In this document: positions 1 to 10,850 of the stretch, piece after piece
Layout of the letters: the number at the start of each line of letters is the position of its first letter
Numbering within the stretch: the first letter of the stretch is position 1
Source of the DNA: Eledone cirrhosa
Taxonomy: Eukaryota
DNA length: 64,000 nucleotides
NCBI GenBank assembly: GCA_964016885.1
Contig: OZ024762.1
Coordinates: 15,314,001-15,378,000, forward strand
Reading direction: 5' to 3'
Position numbers and translations under genes: made by a program
Notes under the pieces: model-generated
Seen by the model: only the letters and a program-made list of their open reading frames with translations
What the model was told of the DNA's origin: nothing
The model's database searches: none

Positions 1-362
1 GGGTGGAGAGGGAAGTACTGCCTTCTAGCCAGTTTGTTGAAAGGTGGGTGCAGGTGGCAAGAATGGCCCATGTGAATGGGCCTGCTCTGAGCATGTACCT
101 GTAGTATTAAGGGAGGACAGCTGGGAGAAGGTTCTTGCCCTAGTGGTCAGGGTGATTGGGTTTTGGTGGGCTTTCTCCACGAGTAACCCTTGGAGTTTCC
201 TCACCTTTGGAGTATTTATGTTGTTTGTTTTAATGTTTATTTTCTTCGTCTCTGTTATAAATTTTATTTTACAAAAAAAAACAAAGCCCCACTGTATCTT
301 CCTGTACCGTCTTTAATGTTTCCTTAATGTGAGCTCTGTGTGGCTAATAAAGAAAGCATTAT
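1..362 (+). mobile_element. 3' end of Tx1/L1-like LINE (ORF2 C-terminus + 3' UTR)
   Basis: Translates RVEREVLPSSQFVERWVQVARMAHVNG, homologous to the copy at 56063-56284; ends ...GTGGCTAATAAAGAAA followed by (ATT)n. Confidence 0.6.
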
Positions 363-374
363 TATCATTATAAG

Positions 375-1010
375 AGAGGGGGGTGGATTGGTAGAATTGG
401 TAGAGCATCGGACAACAGGCTTTGCAGCATTTCTTCTGTCCCTTTACGTTCTGAGTTCAAATCCCACCGAGGTTAACTTTGCCTTACATCCTTACAGGGT
501 CGATAAAATAAAGTACCAGTAATGTACTGGGGTTGATTTAATTGACTTTTCCTTCTCCTCAAAATTGTTGGCCTTGTGTCTAAATCAGAAATCATTATTA
601 TTCGGTGAATGGCAGTATCGGTAGAGGGTTGGACGCCATGCTTTCTAGCACAGTTACGTCCCTTTCCAGTCTGAGTTCAAATCCCACCGAGGTTTACTTT
701 GCCTTTCATCCTTACGGGGTCGATAAAATAAAGTACCAGTAATGTACTGGGTAATTGCTGGCCTTGTGCCTAAAGTAGAAACAATTATTATTATTTTGGC
801 AGTAATCGGTAGAGTGTCAGACACCATGCTTTGCAGCACAGAGTTATGGTCCTTTACAGTCTGAGTTCAAATCCCGCCGAGGTTAACTTTGCTTTTCATC
901 CTTACGGGGTTGATAAAATAAAATACGAGTAATACACTGGGGTCAATTTAATTGACTTTCCCCTTCCCCCAAATTACTGGCCTTGTGCCTATAGTAGAAA
1001 TCATTAAACA
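375..1010 (+). mobile_element. Tandem cluster of 3 tRNA-derived SINE copies (GAGTTCAAATCCC...CTTTCATCCTTACGGGGTCGATAAAATAAAGTACCAG family)
   Basis: Pol III B-box-like GAGTTCAAATCCC plus a conserved central motif repeated at ~453, ~674 and ~863; same family is dispersed throughout the window. Confidence 0.8.
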
Positions 1011-1074
1011 ATTATTATTACCATATTTTATATATGTACCCCTCCCCACCGGCCCCACTGTCACTGTCTATTGT

Positions 1075-1300
1075 ATAAAAGGAACGATCGACTTTCATCA
1101 AATCGGACCGAGGAAACAATGTTTCCGTTGGTCTTTCCAATTGCTAATACTATCTATCGGTCGCAACTCCAGGTAGAAGGAGCAACGTGAAATAAAGTGT
1201 CTTGCTCAAGGACATAACGCATCGCCCGGTCCAGGAATTGAACTCACAACCTTACGATTGCGAATCCAATTCTCTAATCACTCAACCACACGCCTTCACC
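1075..1300 (-). mobile_element. CORE-type tRNA SINE with composite tail
   Basis: Reverse strand has A/B-box head and TGTCCTTGAGCAAGACACTT core-like motif; near-identical inverted copy at 20043-20242. Confidence 0.7.
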
Positions 1301-1637
1301 TAACCACTCAGCCACACGTCTATTGTATTGTCCCCTATATACCGGCCCTTGTGGCCAATAAAGAAACCACAATAATAATTGGTGGTCAGGGTCATTGTGG
1401 CCTTTTACTGGGCTTTCTCCACAAATGTCCCTCCGAAGTCTCCCCCCTATTGGGGAATTTTTCATTGTTAATTTTTGTTACATCCTCTGTTTTTGTTTTT
1501 TACACGCAGAAATGCCCATTTGTACCGTCCTGTATTGTCCTGCACTGTCCTTAATGTCTACTTTATGTAAACCCTTGTGGTTAATAAAGAAATTATTATT
1601 ATTCCTGTTCTAGATATGGTTGTAAGGTCCGTTTCCC

Positions 1638-1717
1638 CCGGCCCCACTGTCTCTGTCTATTGTATTGTCCCCTATATACCGGCCCTTGTGGCCAATAAAG
1701 AAACAACAATAATAATT
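1638..1717 (+). mobile_element. Short LINE 3'-tail insertion flanked by ~43-bp duplication of PXMP4 acceptor/exon start
   Basis: ATTATTATTCCTGTTCTAGATATGGTTGTAAGGTCCGTTTCCC at 1595-1637 and 1718-1760 flanks a CCCTTGTGGCCAATAAAGAAA-type tail also seen at 1320-1380. Confidence 0.7.
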
Positions 1718-1736
1718 ATTATTATTCCTGTTCTAG

Positions 1737-1799
1737 ATATGGTTGTAAGGTCCGTTTCCCACACAGTCTTGTGATGACGTTCCTCTTCAAGACTGGAAC
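1737..1799 (+). CDS. PXMP4: Peroxisomal membrane protein 4 (PMP24), internal coding exon (likely exon 2)
   Basis: TAG|A TAT GGT...GGA AC|GTAAGT; 63 nt; YGCKVRFPHSLVMTFLFKTGT matches PXMP4 YGAKIRAPHALVMTFLF; phase 2 joins next exon. Confidence 0.9.
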
Positions 1800-2359
1800 G
1801 TAAGTTTATTTTCTCTCTCATATTGTCACAGCTACATTTTCTCACGTTTTACTATCGGTCGCAAGCATTGGATAAATGGACTCTAAACAACAGTGACAGC
1901 GATGATGATGATGATTACATCAAATGTATACGTCCATTTTTCCAATATGGCTGGCACGTAATTGTGTAATTTTTGAGGGAGATGTCATTGCTATTTCTGT
2001 GTAAATTTTTTTGTGGGGAGGGCAAAGGGAGTGGGGGAGGGGTTCTGTTTTTTATTTTTTTTATTTTTTGCGTTGGAGGAGGTGTTAGTTTTCTCAATTA
2101 TACTAAGAAGAACAAATCTCAGTTATTTATTTATTTTTTTTTTTTTTGGTTCCCCTCCAATGTTTATCTTAAGATTTAACTGTCAAATGTGCGATGTGTT
2201 AAAAAGGGGACAAACTCTCCACCCCACCGAAAAACAAAAACAAAAAAATGAAACAAAAGGAAAAACAACAAAACAATCTCCCCCACCCCCAAATAACAAC
2301 ACCCTCCTCCATGTCATAATAATCTATCTTTGTGTCATTCCACACAACAGATCACAAGC

Positions 2360-2556
2360 ACACATATATATATGTATGTATATGTATATATATATACACA
2401 CATATATATGTATGTGTATATATGTATGTGTATATATATATATATGTATGCGTATATATATATATATATATGCATATATATATATATGCATATATATATA
2501 TATGTATGCGTATATATATGTATGCGTATATATATGTGTGTGTGTATATATATATA

Positions 2557-2601
<45 letters not shown>

Positions 2602-2827
2602 ATATTTATGTATGTGTATATATATATATATATGTGTGTATATGTGTGTGTGTATATATATATATGTGTATGTATGTATGTATAACATGTATATTCTCTT
2701 GTTTGTATTGGGACATTTTTCAGTTTTCGTGTTTTGAGTGAAAAATAAATAAATATACAAATACACACGCACACATATACACACATACATATACATGAAT
2801 GAATGTATATCTCTCTCTCTCTCAAAT

Positions 2828-2862
<35 letters not shown>

Positions 2863-2904
2863 TACATATACATGAATGAATGTATATCTCTCTCTCTCTC
2901 AAAT

Positions 2905-2939
<35 letters not shown>

Positions 2940-3490
2940 TACATATACATGAATGAATGTATATCTCTCTCTCTCTCAAATACACACACACACACACACA
3001 CACATATATACACACATACATATACATGAATGAATGTATATCTCTCTGTCTCAAATACACACACACATATACACACATACATATACATGAATGAATGTAT
3101 ATCTCTCTCTCTCAAATACACACACACATATATACACACATACATATACATGAATGAATGTATATCTCTCTCAAATACACACACACACATACATATATAT
3201 ATGAATGTATTTCTTTCTCTCTCACATACATACACACTTACACACACACATGAATGAATGTATCTCTCACATACATACACATACATATACATGAATGAAT
3301 GTATCTCTCTCTCTCATATACATACACACACACACACAGAATTACCTCTCTTTCTCTCTCACACACACACACATGAATGTATCTCTCTTTCTCACACATA
3401 CATATACATGAATGAATGTATCTCTCTCTCTCTTATACATACACACAAATACACACATATACACACACACATGAATGTACCTCTCTTTCC

Positions 3491-3529
<39 letters not shown>

Positions 3530-3582
3530 GAATGTATCTCTTTCTCTCTCACACACACACATACACACATACACACACACAC
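2360..3582. repeat. (TA)/(TG)/(CA) microsatellites and ~70-bp CATGAATGAATGTATATCTC minisatellite
   Basis: Direct reading. Confidence 0.9.
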
Positions 3583-3659
3583 TTCACCATCAAACTCCCA
3601 GACAACTTACAACATATGATAACCATTATTGTGTCTGTAAGAAGGCAGATGGCACTGTC

Positions 3660-4348
3660 GCCACCACTACTACCACCACCACTGCCACCAATACCACAAC
3701 TACTGCCACCACCACCACCACCAATACCACCACTACTACCACCACCACTACCATCACCACTGCCACCAATACCACCACTACTACCATCACCACTGCCACC
3801 AATACCACCACTGCCATCAATACCACTACTACTACCAGCACCACTGCCACCAATACCACCACCACCACTGCCACAAATACCACCACCACCACTACTGCCA
3901 CCAATACCACCACTACTGCCACCACCACCACTGCCACAAATACCACCACTACCCCACCACTGCCACCAATACCACCACTACTGCCACCACCACCACTGCC
4001 ACCAATACCACCACTGCTACAAATACCACCACTACCCCACCACTGCCACCAATACCACCACTACTGCCACCACCACCACTGCCACGACTGCCACCACCAC
4101 CACTACCACAAATACTACCACTACCAGCACCACCACTGCCACCAATACCACCACCACCATCACTACCACCACCAGCAACACCACCAATACCACTCCCACT
4201 ACCACGACCACCAACCCCACCACCACCAACTCCAAGAACACCATCACTACCAACACCAATGCTACCACCACCACCACCACCACCACTAACTCCAAGAACA
4301 CCATCACTACCACCACCAATACTACCAAAACCACTGCCACCACCACCC
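3660..4348. repeat. (ACC/ACT)n trinucleotide-derived repeat
   Basis: Direct reading; source of poly-T/P/H ORFs. Confidence 0.9.
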
Positions 4349-4638
4349 TATGTTATTTATTTATTTATTCATTATTTTAATTTTTTTGAAAATATATTTA
4401 AAAACCCCCAAACAGTGAAATTAAATCCCATCTCCCCCAAAATATAAGGGACCAGATGTTCCCTGTGTTTTTACACAATCTTATTTTTCTTACATTTTAA
4501 AAAATTATTTCTTTTTCTGCACACACACACACATATATGAGTATATATATATATGTGTGTGTGTGTTTGTGTATGTATATGTATATATAAACGTATGTTA
4601 AATGATGATAATGGTTATTTACACATACATACATATAC

Positions 4639-4672
<34 letters not shown>

Positions 4673-5032
4673 ATAAACACACAGAAAGAGATAGAGAAAG
4701 ATGCATCTGTGTGTGTGTGTGTGTGTACATCTTACGTACATATATACAAATAGATAAATAGATAGATAGATAGATAGGCAGAGAGAAAGAGAGTTCTGAT
4801 TTTATGGAGTGGTGGTGTTTGAGGAATGAGGTGGTGGTGTCTGAGGAATGGGGGGCGGGTGTCTGGTTGATGATTCAGAAGTTTGTTGCTGGATTTCAGT
4901 TAAAATTGTAAAGTTTGGTAAATGTTAAGAAGAATGATGGAACTTGTCAAAATAGGGTTGAGTAAAGTAGAATGGTTTGGTAAAGTTTCTGTGGTGATTG
5001 AGTTAGTCTTTGTGTCGCATGCATGCATGTAA

Positions 5033-5463
5033 CATCTGGACTCCTTTGAGAGGTACAATAGTACCAGATCTGGATATCTTTGAGAGGTACAATAGTTCCA
5101 GATCTGGATATCTTTGAGAGGTACAATAGTATCAGATCTGGACTCCTTTCAGAGGTACAATAATACCAGATCTCAACTCCTTTGAGAGGCACATGAGTAC
5201 CAGATCTAGAGGTACAATAGTACCAGATCTGGACTTCTTTAAGAAGCACATGAGTACCAGATCTAGAGGTACAATAGTACCAGATCTGGACTTCTTTAAG
5301 AAGCACATGAGTACCAGATCTAGAGGTACAATAGTACCAGATTTAGACTTCTTTGAGTGGTCCACGAATACCAGATCTGGAGGTACAGTAGTACCAGATC
5401 TCGACTCCTTTGAGTGGCACATGAGTACCAGATCTAGAGGTACAATAGTACCAGATCTGGACT
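5033..5463. repeat. Minisatellite (~34/61-bp units, GAGGTACAATAGTACCAGATCTGG)
   Basis: Motif repeated ~9 times. Confidence 0.85.
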
Positions 5464-5750
5464 CATAATATGGGGTGGGGTGTGGGGGTGCAACATCCAA
5501 CATATGTTCCTACACTTTACCTAGTACTCAAATGAGTCACAGATCTGGATTTCATTTACATACGCTCCCCCACTCTACCGAGTACCCATGTGGCTGGGTG
5601 TTGGGCGGGCGGGATGGGGGGAGGCTATATCTTGCTTACCTACATTGCCACTCACTCTACTCTTTTACCTGTTCCAGCCATCTGGCTGAGGCCATGCTGG
5701 AGCACCGCCCTTGGGTATATTATTTATGTTTATGTGTGTCATTTGTACAG

Positions 5751-5949
5751 GCTTTCTGAAAAGTTCCGGGGAATCTTGGAAGCGACGTACACCCATGCTA
5801 AAAGCTTAGCTCTCTTTAATATCATTCACAAAGCCATTCTACAAATCTTCGAATGGTTTGGCAACAAGAGAAAACCTGGCCATATTTTCTTCGCTGGTGC
5901 AGTTGCAGCTTATTTTGTGTTCGGTTCTTACAACAAAGTTAATGAACAG
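5751..5949 (+). CDS. PXMP4: PXMP4 internal coding exon (likely exon 3)
   Basis: CAG|G CTT TCT GAA...GAA CAG|GTAAGA; 199 nt; LSEKFRGILEATYTHAKSLA...GHIFFAGAVAAYFVFGSYNKVNEQ resembles PXMP4 LQEKLWAILQATYIHSWNLA...VFGENNNINSQ. Confidence 0.9.
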
Positions 5950-6074
5950 GTAAGATATTTGGTTTTCTAATGTTCCTTAGATGTGTGGCCTAGTGGTAAG
6001 GGTGGTGGACTGATGGTCGTAACGTTGTGGGTTCGAGTGCTTGAGTGGCTTGTATATATATATATATATATACA

Positions 6075-6408
6075 AGGCACATGGCTTAGTGGTTAGAGCA
6101 TTGGCCTTGCAATCGAAAGGTTGTGAGTTCAATTCTCAGACCAGGTGATGTGTTGTTTCCTTGAGCAAGACACTTTATTTCACATTGCTCCGGTTTACTC
6201 AGCTGTAGAAATGAGATGATAGGGACTGGGGTCCCTATCATTCCACTGTAAAGTGGTCGTGGAGGTGCCACGGAAAAAAAAGCACCCACCACTCACTATA
6301 AATGAGGTTGGTGTTAGGAAGGGCATCCAGCTGTAGAAATCAAGCCAGAATCAGTTCCCATGCCACCCTTGCAAGCAGGGAAAAGCGGACGTAAAATGAT
6401 GATGATAT
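6075..6408 (+). mobile_element. CORE-type tRNA SINE
   Basis: TGGCTTAGTGG A-box, GAGTTCAATTCTC B-box, TTCCTTGAGCAAGACACTT core, GGTGTTAGGAAGGGCATCCAG tail ending (ATG)n; tail repeated at 6740-6888. Confidence 0.75.
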
Positions 6409-7014
6409 AATATTGCCAGAAATAATAAAACAAACTCACTGTGAGTGTGTTTTATTATTATTTCTGGCAATATTATAACAATATGACTCTCCCCAAATAT
6501 AACAATATATATATATATATATAAGTACAAAGTGAAACCTACAGTCAGTAGGCACCTCTTAACCAAATATACCCACTCCCATCAACACCACCACTTTCTC
6601 TGTAAAGTTATGTTGGTACCACAACATCCAGTCCTAAATAAATGAGATCATGTAGGTGTCACATAAAAAAAAAACACACAGTCCACGCTGTAATGTGGCC
6701 GTGTAGGTAACACGGTAAAAACCTCTCAGTTCACACTGTAAACGTGGTTGGTGTTAGGAAGGGCATCCAGCCGTAGAAAACCCGCCAGACAGTCCCATAC
6801 GAGAGAGACGACCAATCTTGCCTCACGTGGGACAATTCCTGTCTAAACAACATGCTAGCGTGGAAGATGGACGTTAAATGATGATGAACTCTCTCTATAT
6901 CTCTCTTCACCAGATAAACCTCTCCCTATCAAGAGTATGTTATTTCCCTATCTATATCTTTGCCTCTCTCTTTCCTTCTCTCCCTCTCTCACCACACACA
7001 CACATATATATATG

Positions 7015-7304
7015 TAGAGGTTATATTTAATTTGTTGGGATACAACAAGCAAAATATTTTTATAACTGATATAAAGCACTCAACAAATTATTGGAGTAAA
7101 TATACAATATATTAACAAATGGAAACTATCCAGGAGATTCCAACCAGAATGGTTGCAATTTTTAAGGGTATGTCAATATTTATTTATAAAACTAACCTAT
7201 ATTATATTTTATCTGATGAAAGCGCACCATAGTTTGCCTTGGTGGCCCTTGAAATATGTGTAATGAAATAAATATGGGTTTATAAATATAGTTTCCATTT
7301 GTTA

Positions 7305-7310
<6 letters not shown>
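7015..7310. mobile_element. HHR-bearing PLE-like element, family A (inverted 3' tail + forward HHR part)
   Basis: Homologous to 30500-30750, 35740-35870, 40420-40880, 49855-50142, 50484-50915, 51240-51585; flanked by (TA)n. Confidence 0.7.
7205..7270 (+). ncRNA. Type I hammerhead ribozyme motif (family A)
   Basis: TATTTTAT-CTGATGA-helix II (AAGCGCACCA/TGGTGGCCCTT)-GAAA-TATGTG-TA-ATGAAATA. Confidence 0.75.
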
Positions 7311-7334
<24 letters not shown>

Positions 7335-7348
<14 letters not shown>

Positions 7349-8705
7349 TGAGGATGTCTGTCTGTGTGTGTGTGAGTTTGAATCCCTAAAACTCGAGAAG
7401 CACCCAACCGACTGTTTTCAAATTTTACACATGTAATACTTATGTTTCAGGGAGTGTTCTGAGCAAAAAGAATTTCAAATTTTCAATGCCCTAGGGACCG
7501 CATTAGGCGATGCGATTTAGCGATCTCTCTCTATAATTCTTAGTCTTTCTCTTTTTAGATAGATAATACATATAACGCCGCGCCCTTATAATATCTGTCT
7601 GTATGACTCGCTGTCTGCATTACGTCACTTCCGACAATTCCCTCTTAGTCCAGAACGCGCCCTTATAATATCTGTCTGTATGTCTGGCTGTCTGCATCGC
7701 ACTCGGCGCGTCAATGTATGGCTGTTAAACGGGCCGCGAACACATTCTGATTCATTCTAAAGGCTACCAGTGGAAGCAACCTTAACACCCTCCAAATGTC
7801 AGAGAACGCAGTCAAAGTCACTATTAAGGGCTACAAGTGAACGCTCGCATGGCCCTTTTTAGAGCCACCACTTGAAATTGTTGATGGTTACCTCTCCTTA
7901 CTGGGGTGTCAGTGAACGGCTTACACGGCCCTTGAAATAGCTGATGGCAACCCTTTCGTTTACGGCTGCCAGTGAACGCGCACATGCCTCAAGGCCCATT
8001 TTATTGCACCATTCCTCTTTAAATTTGTTAAATTATACCCAGTTTGGTAGGTAAACGTTTGTCCAGTTGCGTTTACTTACTAAGGTGCGGTGGACTCCTT
8101 CGAGAAGGCTCCACATGCTGTCCGATTGCACGTCATGCCTTGCTCAAGCATTGCAGACTTCCCTCTGACATAAGTGGTGACATCTGTCCTGCTGTCTCAT
8201 GCCACTTTATTAAAGTACAAAAGCACCAAACCGATTTTCTCCACGTGGAAGGAGAAGCATACCTAATACTAATTGCATCAGAGTATTCGGTTTATTTTCT
8301 TTACATATTATCCAGGCATGCAGTTTTTTCACAAATAGGTCTGTTTCAGGGAGTGTTATGCACATAAAAAATTAAAATTTTTGATCCCCTAGGGCCCGCA
8401 TTAGGTGAAAAACTGCGTTTTTTCAGCTTTTTAGGGCTTTTTTTAGGCGTTACGTCTAGCCGATTTTCCCGAAATTTGAAGGCATATTATGCCCATAAAA
8501 AAAATTCATTTTCTTGATGCCCTAGGGCCTGCATTAGGTGAAAACCTAAATTTTTCCTGCTTCATCGAGGAAAATCTTAAAGATTATCCAGCCATCAGAG
8601 TATTCGGTTTATTTTGTTTACATATTGTCGAAGCATGCAGTTTTTCCACGATTAGCCCGCCTTCCAAAATACCTTATCCCGTGCAACGCCGGGTACCACT
8701 GCTAG
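7335..8705 (+). mobile_element. Non-autonomous Helitron
   Basis: 5' TATATAAAACTG + (CTGT)/(GT) microsatellite + AACCGA..TCAAATTT; 3' hairpin CCCGTGCAACGCCGGG then CTAG|T; second copy inverted at 56364-57090. Confidence 0.75.
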
Positions 8706-8749
8706 TATATAATGTAAATGACAATCAAAGAGTGTTTAAAACATTTAAT

Positions 8750-8796
8750 CACTTACAATCGTTTCATCCTAGCACAAGGCCGGATTCATCAGAGTA
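8750..8796 (-). ncRNA. Type I hammerhead ribozyme motif
   Basis: Reverse: TACT-CTGATGA-ATCC..GGAT-GAAA-CGATTG-TA-AGTG. Confidence 0.75.
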
Positions 8797-9234
8797 CATA
8801 ACAAAAGTCAAACACAAATATAATATCAGAACTTTGTCACAAGAACATTAGGAGAATACATAATGTGGGAGGCTAGATAAGTATAAGTATCAACATTTAT
8901 ATAACAGGGGTGGAAGAAGCATAAGGAGAATAGGAGCAGATAAATGCAACAAAATTAGGAGCATATAAAAGCATTAAAAATGAAAAAACATGCTATTACA
9001 AAAAAGTTAAGCACAGTGAAAAACATATCCTAAGTAATTGTATTTCAGCTCTGTAGTATACTTGTTATTTTACATTGAGCTATTCTCATACTTGTAACTG
9101 GGTAATATTTATTATTACCTATATTATATATATATGTGTTAGGTAATTCTGAAGGAAAAGCAAAGGAAAAAAGAGTGCTCTATGTATGGAACAGAGCTAT
9201 TTAATTAGAAAGTGAACAACACAAAATATAACTA

Positions 9235-9302
9235 CTCCATTACCAAAGGTTTCTGGATCCCAGACAATAATAATATACGTCTGGATCAGTCGTCAGACAG
9301 AG
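9235..9302 (-). ncRNA. Type I hammerhead ribozyme motif
   Basis: Reverse: CTCTGT-CTGACGA-(GATCCAGAC..GTCTGGGATC)-GAAA-CCTTTGG-TA-ATGGAG; partial inverted copy at 9313-9370. Confidence 0.7.
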
Positions 9303-9638
9303 ATGTTATAACATCCAGAAACCTTTGGTAATGGAGTAGTTATATTTTGTGTTGTTCACTTTCTAATTATATTTATATATAGCTGAAATTATATATATGT
9401 TCCGAAGAGGTTGTTTTGGTATAAAACAGGAGCAAGCAGGGGAAAGCTCTCAACATTCGTAGTTACGATGGAGATAAATAACATTAATTGTTTCTACTTT
9501 AGGCACAAGGCCAGCAATTACCCCAGTGCATTATTGGTACTTTATTTTATCGACCCCGTAAGGATGAAAGGCAAAGTCAACCTCGGCGGGATTTGAACTC
9601 AGATCGTAATAAAGATGCTGATGTTACAAAAATCGTTT

Positions 9639-9730
9639 ATTCATTATAATTATTTCAACGGTTCTCCCATGCAATCAAGATGTAATTCATGCATTTGTTG
9701 TTGTTACAAGAACGATATCCTCAGATGAAT
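9639..9730 (-). ncRNA. Type I hammerhead motif with long helix II
   Basis: Reverse: ATTCAT-CTGAGGA-~60 nt-GAAA-TAATTA-TA-ATGAAT; 6-bp helix I, palindromic helix III. Confidence 0.65.
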
Positions 9731-9792
9731 TTTGATTTTGTGATACACTGCCGGCAGGGAAAAAAACACACATCATTCTGCTCGTGCATCCA

Positions 9793-9858
<66 letters not shown>

Positions 9859-10095
9859 TAAGGTAATGAATTCTTTTACAATAGAATCAGCTCGAATGAG
9901 GAAAAAATATCCCCTGAGCAGTGTATAAATTAATATGTAAGTGTATAAATTAATATGTAAGTGTATAAATTAATATGTAAGTGTATAAATTAATATGTAA
10001 GTGATGAAACACAGATACCAACACATCTGTATATATATTGCAAAAGAAAAGTTTAGCCAGATTGAAGTATACTAATTATTATACTACAGTTTGTC

Positions 10096-10257
10096 CACGT
10101 CGATTTAGGAACGAGTAAGACCCCGACGGCCAACTCTGAGTTGCCCGTCGAGGCAGCTTGGGCTCAGCCGTCGGGGTCTTACTCGTTCCTATTACCCTAA
10201 GTATTGAGTACTTTGGTGCGTTATGGTCCACCTGGTTCCTTGCCACATTTCCTCCGT

Positions 10258-10258
<1 letters not shown>
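10096..10258 (+). mobile_element. Family B fold-back element (half-hammerhead)
   Basis: Inverted repeat around helix II-III plus tail ...GAGTACTTTGGTGCGTTATGGTCCACCTGGTTCC...(TA)n; ~12 copies in window. Confidence 0.65.
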
Positions 10259-10302
<44 letters not shown>

Positions 10303-10485
10303 GTAGAACCCTGGAAGGTAATATCCGTAGTGGCAGAGCACTCAGTCCATGGGACATTTGGACTTTCGCAGTTATCTCCCTTACACCTCTCGCACACAGT
10401 TTTGTATTGCCTGGGTGAAATGACTGTTCCTGCACATGCACGTTCCAACGGTTGTCCTTCCTGTTCCCTATAATCATGTCCATTA

Positions 10486-10524
10486 CGAGCTGAAGATCCG
10501 CTAAGGGTGAAACAATTGTTCTCG
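10486..10524 (+). ncRNA. Minimal type I hammerhead ribozyme (family C)
   Basis: CGAG-CTGAAGA-TCCGCTAAGGGT-GAAA-CAATTG-TT-CTCG. Confidence 0.8.
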
Positions 10525-10601
10525 ATATGGTGAACTAACTGTGGTGTTACCACTTCTATATATAATTATATATCTCTCTTTCTCCTCTTCTTCTTCACCA
10601 G

Positions 10602-10850
10602 ATAAACCTCTACCTCTTCTCCAGAGTCTGCTATGCCTTGGCCCAGATAGCCGTCAAGAAACAATACATTCCGAAACCTTCCCAGAAACCATTCCCACTT
10701 GTCTTCTCCCTCGTTTGGGGTGTGGCCCTGCTCCTTTTTGAATACGAGCGTAATTCCCTGCAGCCATCTCTGCGCTCCTCTATGACGTACCTCTACGAAG
10801 ACAGCACCATATGGAACAGTCTCAAAGACTTCCTCATCTACAACAAATAA
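10602..10850 (+). CDS. PXMP4: PXMP4 terminal coding exon
   Basis: Pyrimidine tract + CAG|ATA AAC CTC TAC; INLYLFSRVCYALAQIAVKKQYIP...LFEYERNSLQPSLRSSMTYLYEDSTIWNSLKDFLIYNK*; matches PXMP4 C-terminus LQPSLQSSMTYLYEDS. Confidence 0.93.
   Translation: MNLYLFSRVCYALAQIAVKKQYIPKPSQKPFPLVFSLVWGVALLLFEYERNSLQPSLRSSMTYLYEDSTIWNSLKDFLIYNK

Noticed and set aside
1771-1805. GTGATGA...GGAACG resembling a hammerhead
   Set aside because: It is PXMP4 coding sequence; core and helices do not fit.
2013-4380. Long ORFs (YIYI, HTHT, poly-T/P/V), also at 21-23 kb, 32-37 kb, 39-40 kb and 54.6 kb
   Set aside because: Stop-free translations of (TA)n, (CA)n and (ACC)n microsatellites; no coding evidence.
6080-6145. 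tRNA gene-like A/B boxes (also 20050-20110)
   Set aside because: No complete cloverleaf; followed by SINE core, so SINE heads.
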